Source: an uncultured Acidobacteriota bacterium (lineage in GTDB: Bacteria; Acidobacteriota; UBA6911). From it: DNA of 64,000 bases. Where the stretch lies: positions 96,001 through 160,000 of the forward strand of contig CAWHCF010000036.1 in assembly GCA_963827655.1 (NCBI GenBank), written 5' to 3'. The position numbers and the translations under genes were made by a program. Positions 1 to 9,774 of this stretch are shown here, piece by piece (the first letter of the stretch is position 1; every line of letters starts with the position of its first letter). The notes beneath the pieces were generated by a model, which searched no databases, was not told where the DNA came from, and saw nothing but the letters and a program-made list of their open reading frames with translations.

Positions 1-635
1 TGATCAAGCGGATCAACGTGGGTCCGCAGGCCCACAACAGCATCGTCAGTCTCGACGGGCGGTTTCTTTATCTAGGCACCACGACGATGCTGACCGTTTT
101 CGACCCAACCAATGACAGCATCATCCGGCAGATCAAGGACGTAGGTGAACGAGGCATCTTTCCCTACACCATGGACAGCAAAAACCGTATCGGCTACATC
201 TGCCTCGGCAACCATGTGGGTTTCGACGTGGTAAACCTGCAAACGGGAGCGGTTCTTCACCGCGTTTTTCCGGCCGGAGAGCGGATTCCTCACCGGACCC
301 ACGGAGCAGGCCTGACGCCGGACGAGACGGAGTTGTGGATCAGTGATCAGGTCGGCAAGAAGCTGTTCATCTTCGACGCCACCAAAATGCCGCCGACGCC
401 GAAGGGACACGTGGAATTGTCCCAGGGGGGGCATGGCTGGGTGTGCTTCAGCCTGGATGGAAAGTATGCGTGGTCCCACACGCCCGATGTCTTCGACCTT
501 AAGACCAAGAAGCTGGTCGCAACCTTGAAAGATGAAAACGGAACCCCGGTCAGCAGTTCAAAGTTTATCGAGGTGCATGTTCGGGACGGCAAGGTTGTGC
601 AGATGGGACATGAATTCGGGCTGGGACGCAAGTAG
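1..635 (+). CDS. YncE/YVTN-like beta-propeller protein, 5' end outside window
   Basis: Open frame from the window edge; repeated propeller blades (SLDGRFLY, TPDETELW, SLDGKYAW). Confidence 0.7.
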   Translation, partial: IKRINVGPQAHNSIVSLDGRFLYLGTTTMLTVFDPTNDSIIRQIKDVGERGIFPYTMDSKNRIGYICLGNHVGFDVVNLQTGAVLHRVFPAGERIPHRTHGAGLTPDETELWISDQVGKKLFIFDATKMPPTPKGHVELSQGGHGWVCFSLDGKYAWSHTPDVFDLKTKKLVATLKDENGTPVSSSKFIEVHVRDGKVVQMGHEFGLGRK

Positions 636-705
636 CCTAGTTCTGTTTTACGGTTACCGCCTCAGCTCGCCCACCCGTAATTGCGAACAGTAGTATCAAG
701 CACTA

Positions 706-1125
706 TCAGATAAACAGGTCTGCCGGCACTCTGAAGAAGGCGGAGAGAGCCTTCGCCTGCGCCTTGCTGATCTGGCGTTTCCCGGCCAGCACATCGGAGA
801 TACGACTCCGCCCGCCGAACAATGGCGCCAGGTCAATCTGTTTCAACCCGCGATCTTCCATCAGGATCTTCAAGACGGCCCGCGGCGGGGCTTCTCCGAT
901 CGGGTAAGCTTTCTCCTCGAAGTCTTCGACGAGGCGCATCAGTATTCTCAGGAGCCAGCGCTCCCCGGAGGTAAGCTTCTTTTCGCCTTTACTCATCAGG
1001 CGGTTGACGATCTCCAGAGCCCGCTCGTTCTCAGCTTCGGTTTCGATGGGCTTGGGCAGCGCCGCCGTCAGTAATTTTGCATATCTTTGCGCCGCCGCCT
1101 TTCTGGTTTTAGCAATTGCAGTCAT
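706..1125 (-). CDS. higA: HigA-type HTH antitoxin
   Basis: 139 aa; C-terminal HTH LMEDRGLKQIDLAPLFGGRSRISDVLAGKRQIS; overlaps upstream toxin. Confidence 0.9.
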   Translation of the reverse strand: MTAIAKTRKAAAQRYAKLLTAALPKPIETEAENERALEIVNRLMSKGEKKLTSGERWLLRILMRLVEDFEEKAYPIGEAPPRAVLKILMEDRGLKQIDLAPLFGGRSRISDVLAGKRQISKAQAKALSAFFRVPADLFI

Positions 1126-1408
1126 CTTTCCACTTCTCCCAGCCGTATTCGGAGTGCGTCAATACAAATCGAATCAGGACGGTCTGGTCCTCGTAGTAAA
1201 TTTTGGTGATGAGCCGGTACTTATTCCCGCCGATGTTGAAGATCGTGCATCCACGGTACAAGTCGGCGTGCCTGAACATCTCTCTCGTTTCGGCAAGGTT
1301 CCGCCACGCAGCTCTCTTCGTGATGCGATACCAGCCATCCAGTGCTTCCTTTGCATCCAGGTGTTGCTGCCAGAACTCCCTCAGTCTCTTTCTACTGATG
1401 ATATGCAA
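1109..1408 (-). CDS. higB: HigB-type mRNA interferase toxin
   Basis: MHIISRKRLREFW...FNIGGNKYRLI...FVLTHSEY motifs; toxin-first gene order. Confidence 0.9.
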   Translation of the reverse strand: MHIISRKRLREFWQQHLDAKEALDGWYRITKRAAWRNLAETREMFRHADLYRGCTIFNIGGNKYRLITKIYYEDQTVLIRFVLTHSEYGWEKWKDDCNC

Positions 1409-1647
1409 GGCGAACCTTTTGCTATTTGATGCTGCCGAAATGGTAACAGAAAATCAAGCTCGTTTTCCGAGAGGGCGCTGAGCCCTTCTTTTCTGTCACA
1501 AAACGTCCTAGAGGTACTACCTCATTTGTATGTCAACTGGGTGAATTCAGCCAATGATTCGTCGCTGGCCCGAAAGCTGACCGGACTGAGGCGGCGGGCG
1601 GAGCGCCTCGACATTATCATCGCCACGCTTAGCGGCGCTGGCGTAGA

Positions 1648-2883
1648 ATGGCATCTATCATGCGCTATTCAATTCCGTTTTCGCTGGTTCTGGCGCTGGG
1701 GGCATTCGCGATCCGCGCGGAAGACTGGCCTCAGTTCCGCGGTCCTACGGGGCAGGGACACTCGGCCGAGCGGGGTTTGTCGTTCGAGTGGAGCGAATCG
1801 CGGAATGTGACCTGGAAAACGCCTGTTGCGGGCCTGGGGTGGTCCTCGCCGGTGATCGCCGAAGGGCGGGTCTGGTTGACCACGGCGATCGATGAGCGGG
1901 GCGCGGCCGCGTTTCGCGCCATTGCTTTTGACGTGGAGACCGGACGGGAAGTCGTGAACGCCGAAGTCTTCCGGATCAACAACGCCCGCCTGGCCAATCG
2001 CAAGAATAGCCACGCCTCCCCTACTCCCATCGTCGAGGGGGACCGCGTGTACGTCCACTTCGGCGCCGACGGCACGGCAGCGCTCACCACCTCCGGCGAT
2101 ATCGCGTGGAAGACCAGGCTTCCTTACCAGTCTCAGCACGGCAACGGCGGGTCTCCTGCCTTGTATCGAGACCTGCTGATTTTCAGCTGTGACGGCGCCG
2201 ACGAGGCGTATGTTGTGGCGCTCGATAAGAGCACGGGCAAGGTTCGCTGGAAAACGCCGCGGCGTCAGCCGTGGGACCAGGCGTACTCGACCCCGCTGGT
2301 GATTCGCGTCGGAGACCGGGACCAGGTTGTCAGCATCGGCGCCCATCGCGCGGCCGCTTACGATCCGCAATCGGGAAAGGAAATCTGGCGCGTCAGCTAC
2401 GGCGACGGTTTCTCCAACGTGCCCCGTCCTGTCTACGGTCACGGACTCGTCTACATCGCAACCGGATTTCACCAGCCGTCACTACTCGCGGTACGCCCGG
2501 ACGGCGCCGGCGACGTAACCAGGACTCACATCGCCTGGACCCTGCAGCGTGGCGTGCCCCTGACGCCCTCGCCGCTGCTTGTGGACGATGAACTTTATCT
2601 CGTGAGCGACAACGGCATCGCCACGTGTCTGGACGCCAGGACGGGGAAGACACACTGGCAGCAGCGGATCGACGGGAACTACAGCGCGTCTCCGGTGTTT
2701 GCCGACGGGCGCATCTACTTCCTGAGCGAGGAGGGAGTGGCGACGGTCCTTGCCCCGGGAAAAGAGTTTCGACGGCTCGCGACGAACTCGCTGGATGGCG
2801 CGACGCTCGCCTCGATGGCGGTTTCGAACGGGGCGATCTTCATCCGCACCCAGAGCCACCTGTACCGCATCGGCGCGCGCTAG
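1648..2883 (+). CDS. Secreted PQQ-binding-like (BamB-like) beta-propeller protein
   Basis: Signal peptide followed by EDWPQFRGP, WSSPVI, ASPVFADGRIY repeats. Confidence 0.88.
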   Translation: MASIMRYSIPFSLVLALGAFAIRAEDWPQFRGPTGQGHSAERGLSFEWSESRNVTWKTPVAGLGWSSPVIAEGRVWLTTAIDERGAAAFRAIAFDVETGREVVNAEVFRINNARLANRKNSHASPTPIVEGDRVYVHFGADGTAALTTSGDIAWKTRLPYQSQHGNGGSPALYRDLLIFSCDGADEAYVVALDKSTGKVRWKTPRRQPWDQAYSTPLVIRVGDRDQVVSIGAHRAAAYDPQSGKEIWRVSYGDGFSNVPRPVYGHGLVYIATGFHQPSLLAVRPDGAGDVTRTHIAWTLQRGVPLTPSPLLVDDELYLVSDNGIATCLDARTGKTHWQQRIDGNYSASPVFADGRIYFLSEEGVATVLAPGKEFRRLATNSLDGATLASMAVSNGAIFIRTQSHLYRIGAR

Positions 2884-3001
2884 ATCGGACTTGAGATCGC
2901 ACCGTTGCAGACGGCGGCCGGCATACCAGTCTTGCTGCGCGCAGTCAGTATCATTTACCAACCTGTGTGCCAGAGTACCGGCCTGAGACCGAGGCAACCC
3001 A

Positions 3002-4339
3002 TTGGCCCGAACCGCTGCTGAGCAACCCCAAGTCCAGACTGGCCGCCGCCGCGAACCCCGGAACCGGCTTCCGGTCCGGTACAGCGTGGTGGCCTTTGCG
3101 GTCTCGCTCGCGATGCTGACATACCTGGACCGAGTCTGCATCTCGGCCTTGTCGTCCGCCATCATGGGAGACCTTGCTCTGTCGCGGCTCCAAATGAGCT
3201 ACGTCTTCAGCGCTTTCACGCTGTCGTACGGCATCTTTGAGATTCCCACGGCCTGGTGGGCGGACCGCGTCGGCAGCCGGCGGGTGATCGCACGGATCGT
3301 AGCCTGGTGGTCCGCCTTTACCGTGGTTACCGGAGCGGCGTGGAGCTACGGGTCTCTGCTCGTCATTCGATTCCTGTTCGGCGTGGGCGAGGCCGGAGCC
3401 TGGCCCAACGTCGCGCGGGTGTTCTCGCGCTGGATTCCCGCCGGCGAGCGCGGCACGATGCAGGGAATTTTCTTTGCCGGCGCTCACCTGGCCGGCGGCC
3501 TTACGCCGATCCTGGTGTTCACGCTCAGCAAGTGGTTGGGATGGCGGGCAATTTTCGTGATCTTCGGCCTGATCGGATTCCTCTGGGCCTGGTGCTGGTA
3601 CCGGTGGTTCCGTGACGAGCCCGCAGAGCACCCCTCCGTGGGCGAGGCCGAGCGCCGCAAGATCGAGGCCGAGCGCGGCCTTCCTCCGCAGCATCACCTC
3701 GCCGGTTTCCGGTGGCGCACTCTCCTGGGCAACCGCAGCGTGCTGGCGCTGTGCGCGTCCTATTTCGCCAACGGATATGGCTTCTACTTCGTGATCACGT
3801 GGCTGCCGGCGTACCTGGCGAAGGCCCGCGGCTTCGAGAGCGTCGAACTGGGCCTGTTTGCCGGGCTGCCGCTGATCCTGAGCGTGGTATCGGACATCGG
3901 CGGCGGGTGGACGACGGACCGCCTGTGCCGCCGATTCGGCTTGCGGCCGGGTCGCTGCGCCGTCGGCTCGGGTGCGAACCTGCTGGCCGCCCTTGCCATG
4001 CTCGCGGGCGCCGCAACGGCCGACTCCAGAGTAGCGGCGCTCCTGATCGCTGTCGCCCTCGCCTCATCTATGTTCACGCTCGGTCCGAGCTGGGCCGCAT
4101 GTATCGATATCGGCGGACGAAGCTCCGGCGTCGTCAGCGCGGCTATGAATACGGCAGGCCAGGTCGGCGGGATCCTGAGCCCGATTGTCCTTGCCCTTGT
4201 CGTCGACCGATTTGCCAACTGGGCCATCCCCCTCTACCTGATGGCCGGTCTCTACCTGATGGCGGCCATTGTGTGGCTCGCGGTGCGTCCGGACCTCAAG
4301 ATTGGAGAAGGCGCTGCAACGCCTTCCTCAGGCCCTTAG
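3002..4339 (+). CDS. MFS transporter (anion:cation symporter-like)
   Basis: TYLDRVCIS, WADRVGSRR, FGVGEAGAWP motifs; about 12 TM segments; stop TAG is the TTAG of the adjacent repeat. Confidence 0.88.
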   Translation: MARTAAEQPQVQTGRRREPRNRLPVRYSVVAFAVSLAMLTYLDRVCISALSSAIMGDLALSRLQMSYVFSAFTLSYGIFEIPTAWWADRVGSRRVIARIVAWWSAFTVVTGAAWSYGSLLVIRFLFGVGEAGAWPNVARVFSRWIPAGERGTMQGIFFAGAHLAGGLTPILVFTLSKWLGWRAIFVIFGLIGFLWAWCWYRWFRDEPAEHPSVGEAERRKIEAERGLPPQHHLAGFRWRTLLGNRSVLALCASYFANGYGFYFVITWLPAYLAKARGFESVELGLFAGLPLILSVVSDIGGGWTTDRLCRRFGLRPGRCAVGSGANLLAALAMLAGAATADSRVAALLIAVALASSMFTLGPSWAACIDIGGRSSGVVSAAMNTAGQVGGILSPIVLALVVDRFANWAIPLYLMAGLYLMAAIVWLAVRPDLKIGEGAATPSSGP

Positions 4340-4434
4340 GCGCTTGGTGAAACGTTCAAACCAACATGGTGTCGTTCACAAGGGGCCTTTCGTTCGGGGC
4401 GAAGTCCCCGAACGAACCTTAGCGTCTTAGCGGT
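4336..4434. repeat. Nested hairpin element B (copy 1) plus partial REP arm
   Basis: TTAG(4336)-79 bp-TTAG(4419); hairpin CGTTCGGGG-cgaagt-CCCCGAACG at 4391-4414; similar to 15400-15483 and 22194-22279. Confidence 0.85.
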
Positions 4435-4448
4435 CAGCGTAGCTCCCC

Positions 4449-5291
4449 TCATCCGGGCTTTGCCAGCGGGCGCAGCTCGAACTTGCGAAAGAGGATCTCG
4501 AACCCTTCCGCTTCGAGCAGAATCTTGCCTGCTCGTGGAAACACGTCGTAGCACTCGTTGACGGTCACGCCGTTTACGACAATCGTAATGCGGTCTTTCA
4601 CGCAGATACACTCCACGCGGGTCCATTCTCCGAGCGGGCTTTCGACGTCGAAGCGCCCGCGCGTATCGATGAGTTCCTTGAATTCAGGGTCATGCTGCGA
4701 CCACCAGAATTGCCTGCCCGAGTAGATAGTTCGCGTTCCCCCCTTTTTCCAACGCGTGCGGCCGTCGGGACCGATCTCGGTGTCACTGGTGATTGTGACC
4801 GGGATCGGAGCGCCATCTTCGGACTTGCCACGAATCACAATCAGATCGCCCACACACCCCTGGGCCAACTGGCACTCTATCGACGACATCCAGGGAGATC
4901 GATTGCCGTCGGGTCCGATGGCATGCAGGAGAATCCCGGAATTGCGCACGGTCTTGCTGGCATTGGTCTGTGAACCCCACTTGTATTCCACCGTGAGGTG
5001 ATAGTCGCTATATTCCTGCCGGGTAGCGAGGTAGCCGAAATCGTCACCGGAGATCCGAATCATCCCGTCCTGCACCGTGAACACCTTGAGCGGATCTTCG
5101 TAGCGGGACTTCCGCAGCCAGGCGTAAAGGCCGGTGAGATCCTTGCCGTTGTGAAGCTGGATTACTTCCTGGCCGCGCGCAGTACTGCGGGCGATCGACG
5201 CGCCCGAGAGTAGAGCGGCTGATCGGCGGAGAAATCGCCGGCGTGAAAACCGATTTGGGTTACATGAGGTCCGGACGGATGTCACGATCAT
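4449..5291 (-). CDS. DUF1080 (3-keto-disaccharide hydrolase-like) protein with Tat signal
   Basis: SRRRFL Tat motif; NGKDLTG, RNSGIL, GEWTRVEC, EILFRKFEL; RBS AAGGAG. Confidence 0.85.
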   Translation of the reverse strand: MIVTSVRTSCNPNRFSRRRFLRRSAALLSGASIARSTARGQEVIQLHNGKDLTGLYAWLRKSRYEDPLKVFTVQDGMIRISGDDFGYLATRQEYSDYHLTVEYKWGSQTNASKTVRNSGILLHAIGPDGNRSPWMSSIECQLAQGCVGDLIVIRGKSEDGAPIPVTITSDTEIGPDGRTRWKKGGTRTIYSGRQFWWSQHDPEFKELIDTRGRFDVESPLGEWTRVECICVKDRITIVVNGVTVNECYDVFPRAGKILLEAEGFEILFRKFELRPLAKPG

Positions 5292-5300
5292 TTCTCCTTT

Positions 5301-5370
5301 GTCTTAGTGGTTAGAGCTGTCTAACAAACACCACTAAGACTCAAAGACACGAAGAAACACCAAGAATCTT
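5301..5370. repeat. REPIN-like repeat, spacer S1, one arm truncated
   Basis: GTCTTAGTGG-ttagagctgtctaacaaaca-CCACTAAGACtcaaagacacgaagaaacaccaagaatc. Confidence 0.9.
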
Positions 5371-5432
5371 GGTTTCCAATATAGATGCGCAGGGCCCCTG
5401 ACCTCAACCGGTTTCGCCTCCTGCTGCTGCGG

Positions 5433-6428
5433 TCAGGATTGTGTTTCCTGGGCGCGGCCTCGGATCTCCATCACATCCGCGAGAATAATCTCCGAGATGG
5501 CCTGACGTCCCGAATGTCCCTCCACGAACAGGTCGCCACGCTCGCGGGTCCGGAATATGGCTCCCTTTCTCGCCCCGTCGAGAGCATAGAAAGGAGAGTC
5601 TTGCGCGACGAGCTTCGGCGCGACACTGAGCCGCACGCGCCCCTGCCACACCCGGGCGCGGCTCAGAAGGCGGAGTCTGCGTTGCGACGCGCGCGCGGTT
5701 TGCGCCAGTGACTCGGTTTCGGGACCGATCCCGATTCGAGCGACGTCGTCGAGCCTGGCCCCGGCACCCATCCAGCGGTTGGCCAGAATCACGATCTTGC
5801 AGGCTGCATCCCAGCCCTCGATGTCCATTCGGGGATCGGGTTCCGCAATGCCCAGGCTCCGGGCCTCAGCGAGGCCCTCGTCGAAAGTGAGTGAACGCAT
5901 TTGCATGGCAGAAAGGATGTGGTTGACGGTTCCGTTCAGGATGCCCTGAATCTCGACGGTCCGGCAATCCCGCAGTTCGGCCGGGGGTTGAACTCCCGTC
6001 GCGCCGCTGCAGACAAGTTTCGCCCCGCCGGCACGGGCAGCTTCCTCGAGTTCCACCCATGCATGAACCAAGGGACCTTTGTTTACCGTTACGACCGCGA
6101 TTCCGGCGGCGAGGAGACGGCGGAGCAGGGAGAGGGCGGGCTCTCCGTCCTCGAGGCGGTTCGGGAGTGATTCGACCACCGCCTGCACACCCGAGTTTCG
6201 CAACGCTTCGAGGAACGCGTCTGGATCAGCGATACAATCTTGCGGCGAACAATTCCGGAGGCTGAGGCCGCTCTCCTTCATCTGGATCAGCCGATTGAGG
6301 CGTTCCCGGGAAGCGAGACACACCCCTCCAGTGCTGTCGGCAATCGCTCGGATTTCGATTTCCCCGGCAACCGGGGATTCACGCAAGAAACGCGCGAAGG
6401 CTCGGGCGACATTGCCGAACCCCAACAA
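5433..6428 (-). CDS. Homoserine dehydrogenase-like protein; start uncertain
   Basis: GFGNV Rossmann motif, VVTVNKGPL, GILNGTVNHIL, GIAEPDPRMDIEGWDAACK. Confidence 0.82.
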   Translation of the reverse strand: MLGFGNVARAFARFLRESPVAGEIEIRAIADSTGGVCLASRERLNRLIQMKESGLSLRNCSPQDCIADPDAFLEALRNSGVQAVVESLPNRLEDGEPALSLLRRLLAAGIAVVTVNKGPLVHAWVELEEAARAGGAKLVCSGATGVQPPAELRDCRTVEIQGILNGTVNHILSAMQMRSLTFDEGLAEARSLGIAEPDPRMDIEGWDAACKIVILANRWMGAGARLDDVARIGIGPETESLAQTARASQRRLRLLSRARVWQGRVRLSVAPKLVAQDSPFYALDGARKGAIFRTRERGDLFVEGHSGRQAISEIILADVMEIRGRAQETQS

Positions 6429-6448
6429 TGCGACCGGAAAGGGCGGGA

Positions 6449-6480
6449 ATTGACGATTTACGATTGACGATTGACGATTG
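6449..6480. repeat. Heptamer tandem array (TGACGAT)x4, one variant unit
   Basis: tgacgat ttacgat tgacgat tgacgat at 6451-6478. Confidence 0.9.
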
Positions 6481-6726
6481 GGTGGTTTGGAGTCAGGTGC
6501 CGTTGACGTTGAGATTGACCACTCACCAATCGTCCCTCCGGGTGATAGTGACCAGCGATAGCGACGACTGACAAGAGGGACCGCCAGGATTCAGCGACTC
6601 GATTTTCCCTGCAGCCCCTCATGGTCCAATGTCGCGCCACCCATGGCGGAAGGCGCGCCGCTGTCTCCAGTTTGTTCGGCGTGGAATGGCTTCGCGCCGG
6701 ACTCGTGCATGCTCACGGAGCTGGTG

Positions 6727-7344
6727 TTACCTCCGGGCATCGGTCTTGGCCGGCACTGTCCAGTAATAGATCATAACGCCGTTCACATTGTCGCTGCGCT
6801 CCGGCTCCCAGTCTCCCATCCGGAATGCGTGCGACACGATGCGGGTACCCGGTTTCAGATCGCGCAGGAGCTTGGGGCGTAGTTTTTCGTTGAGTGATTC
6901 GAGCAAGTAGAGGGTCACGACCGTGGCTTCGCTGATATTCGCCTGAAAGAGATCTTCGTTGCTGAACCGAACCAGGTCTGTGACCCCGGCGGCGCGGGCA
7001 TTTTCTTCTGCCTCCCGTATGCGCTGCGGGTCGATGTCGATGCCGACTCCCCGCACCTTGTGCTGCTTCGCGGCCGTGATCACGATACGGCCGTCTCCGG
7101 ATCCAAGATCGTAGAGCACATCTCCTTCTTTCACAGCCGCCATGCGCAGCATCTTGTCCACGACCTCCGGCGGAGTGGGAACGTAGATCACGTCGGGTGT
7201 TCGTACTTGCGCGGCCGGCGCCGGTTTCTGCTGGTTCGCCGAACTCCGGGATTCTTGTTTGGCCGAGCCTGCTTGCGGGCCTGCCCATGAGGTTTCCACC
7301 ACGGCGATGGCAAGTGTCAGCCAGAAGACAGATATTGTTTTCAA
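6727..7344 (-). CDS. Class I SAM-dependent methyltransferase with signal-like N-terminus
   Basis: DVIYVPTP, YDLGSGDGR, GIDIDP, LKPGTRIVSH. Confidence 0.88.
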   Translation of the reverse strand: MKTISVFWLTLAIAVVETSWAGPQAGSAKQESRSSANQQKPAPAAQVRTPDVIYVPTPPEVVDKMLRMAAVKEGDVLYDLGSGDGRIVITAAKQHKVRGVGIDIDPQRIREAEENARAAGVTDLVRFSNEDLFQANISEATVVTLYLLESLNEKLRPKLLRDLKPGTRIVSHAFRMGDWEPERSDNVNGVMIYYWTVPAKTDARR

Positions 7345-7498
7345 AATGAATTCCTCCGGGTCTCTACAGAGTTAATGTTCGGGGGGGTCTCGCTGTTTGC
7401 GCTCGAAGTGGCCGCTAAACATATGAAGGCACCGGTCGAACCAGCGCCCTGGAAGGGTCCTTCTAGGTTCATCGCCGCGATTATACATCACGGCCGCG

Positions 7499-7768
7499 CT
7501 AACCGTGTCCCGATAGGGCCGGGTGACCGAGCGCTCTACGGATGAGAGCGGCGGCGGCGACTGCCGACCAGGTACCTTCCAGTACCACGAAGGGCATGAA
7601 GTCGATCAGATACGAGGAGTAACACGCCAGCGCGCCGCCGACAAAGTTGAGCACAATATAGATGTAGGCCTCGGAGCGCAGGAACTTGAAAAGATTGAGA
7701 AAGAAGGCGAGCAGAAGAAGGCTGACTCCCAGAAACCCAATCATGGTCGGGACGCTCTGGTGTTCCAT
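7499..7768 (-). CDS. Small three-TM membrane protein (CBU_0592-like)
   Basis: IGFLGVSLLLLAFFLN...LNFVGGALACY...PFVVLEGTW. Confidence 0.7.
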   Translation of the reverse strand: MEHQSVPTMIGFLGVSLLLLAFFLNLFKFLRSEAYIYIVLNFVGGALACYSSYLIDFMPFVVLEGTWSAVAAAALIRRALGHPALSGHG

Positions 7769-7963
7769 GACACACTCCCATTTCCACAATTTTTCGTACC
7801 GTGATGAGCAAAACCGGAGACCGAACCGCCGGCGACTCGTCAAAGAGAGACTGCCGATCACGTCCACGGCGTATTTCCAGGACCATGGATGGGCTCGCTC
7901 ACGCGCGTGTACGCGTTCTTCCGAGATTCTTTCGAGCGGGCGAGATTCGGCAAGGCCTGCTGA

Positions 7964-9232
7964 TCAAGCCGCAGTCTGGTCTTCGACGGCGGTGAATTCC
8001 CGTCCTCGAGTTTCGGGCCCCAGCCAGATCGACAGAATTACGATCAGACCCGACGCCGCGATCAGAGCGCTCATCGCGGTTGTCAGAGCGAACCCTCGAT
8101 CCTGAAGCCTGCCGATGAGAGCCGGAGTCACCGAGCCGATAGCGGCTCCTGCATGATAGGCGAAGCCGGAGCCCACCCCTCGCACAACGGTTGGGAACCT
8201 CTCGGTGAGGTAGCTGGGGACGACACCCCACATGCCGGGCGCCCCCATCCCCATCACGAGCGACCCCAGGAAGAGAACGGTGGGATTGCTTGTCAGAAGA
8301 TAGAGTGGAATGGAGAGGATGCCCATCAGCGAAGCCACGGTAATGGCGCCGCGCCGCCCCAGGCGCGTCTCCGACAGGCGGCCCCAGAGGGCGGCGCCTG
8401 CAATCCCGCCCAGGTTGAGAGCTACGAGATAGCGGAGCGGCTCCAGACCTGTTTCGCGCAAGAAGGTCGGATACCAGAAAGAAACGGAGTAGTAGGAGAA
8501 CATCAGCGCGCCCATAAGAAGGCAACACTGCACGGTAATAGCCGCGAGATCTCCCCGGAAGATATGAAGGAGCGATACTTTCTTTCTCTCCGGTCGCTGG
8601 CGCAGATGACGCTGCCGGTCGAGCCAGACGGGACTCTCCGACACTCCGGTGCGGATCCAGAGCACGAGGAGCGCGGGTATCACACCGACCCAGAACATCA
8701 CCCGCCACCCGAGATCCGGGCGATGATCAAACAGAGGGTAGACATAATGAAATATCAGCGCCGAGAGAATGAAACCCCAGGAAAAGCCTCCCTGAAGCAG
8801 ACCCGAAGCGGTTCCCCGCAGATGCGCCGGCCAGTGTTCGAGGGCCAAAGGCATGCCGGCCGCCCATTCGCCTCCCATCCCGATTCCGAAAAGCGCCCGG
8901 AAAGCAAATAGCATCGCGTAGGAAGTGGAGAAGCCGCTGAGAAAAGCAAAGAGCGAAAACCAGAGAATCGAGAGCATTAGCGGCAGCTTCCGTCCCCATC
9001 GATCGGCCACCGCGCCGGCTGCAACGCCGCCGATCAGGCGAAAGAACAGAGTGACCGTCCCGAGCGCTCCGGCCAGGGCTTTGTCTACCGCGAAGCTCTG
9101 CTGGATGTCGATGAGGACGAAGGTGATGATCGTGGCATCGAAGCCGTCGAGAACCCATCCAGCGAAGGTGGCCAGAAAGGCCTTCCACTGCTCGCGATTG
9201 ACCTGTCGATACCATGGAAGAGCCCGGTTCAT
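7964..9232 (-). CDS. MFS transporter (sialate:H+ symporter-like); start may lie up to 9334
   Basis: GWVLDGFD, ADRWGRK, GIGMGGEW, ERFPTVVRG, GPETRG. Confidence 0.88.
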   Translation of the reverse strand: MNRALPWYRQVNREQWKAFLATFAGWVLDGFDATIITFVLIDIQQSFAVDKALAGALGTVTLFFRLIGGVAAGAVADRWGRKLPLMLSILWFSLFAFLSGFSTSYAMLFAFRALFGIGMGGEWAAGMPLALEHWPAHLRGTASGLLQGGFSWGFILSALIFHYVYPLFDHRPDLGWRVMFWVGVIPALLVLWIRTGVSESPVWLDRQRHLRQRPERKKVSLLHIFRGDLAAITVQCCLLMGALMFSYYSVSFWYPTFLRETGLEPLRYLVALNLGGIAGAALWGRLSETRLGRRGAITVASLMGILSIPLYLLTSNPTVLFLGSLVMGMGAPGMWGVVPSYLTERFPTVVRGVGSGFAYHAGAAIGSVTPALIGRLQDRGFALTTAMSALIAASGLIVILSIWLGPETRGREFTAVEDQTAA

Positions 9233-9774
9233 GGATTCCAATTTCGAGTTTTCCTCAACCAGTGCGCGCGAACCTGTCTCATTCATGCTCAGGGAAACTC
9301 CATGGCCGCCCGGAAAACCGCGTGACGGCGCCAAGTGATCTGGCTTTCATCATAAACGACTGAGTCTCTCTTGCGAGGCTTTAATCTTCCCTCCCTCACT
9401 CAACGGGAATGATCGGCGAGCGGCTGGTGCGGCCGCAATTCTAGGAATGGGAAGCGTGGCGCTCGGGGAATCACTCGCCCGTAAGATCCGCGCTGCGATG
9501 GCACACTCGCCCGACTTCACGGCGCGAAGGTTAGATGGCTTCCCAAAGCACCTTCGCAGGATTGCCGACCATGGATCTCGTGCGATGATCTTGAGGATTA
9601 GTATCGCCGCCCGACTCGAAAGCGAGAAACCAGCCGAGACGCTGGAACGAAGCCATCATTCATTGAGTCAGGCCACGGTCAACGCAATCGAATGCGGTCA
9701 CCGTCCGACGTTGTAATTACCCGGGAGCCCAGCCGGGATTTTGCGAACATAGATGAGACCAGATACCGCGCCCC

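Noticed and set aside
5310-5325. Spacer S1 as an integron attC site (contains GTTAGAC/GTCTAAC)
   Set aside because: The order is GTT...AAC, the reverse of the RYYYAAC...GTTRRRY arrangement of attC; there are no L boxes and no integrase.
9340-9770. Unassigned intergenic stretches (also 14240-14590, 16105-16295, 34640-34900) as ncRNA or gene remnants
   Set aside because: No recognisable motif, repeat or convincing ORF could be supported by eye.
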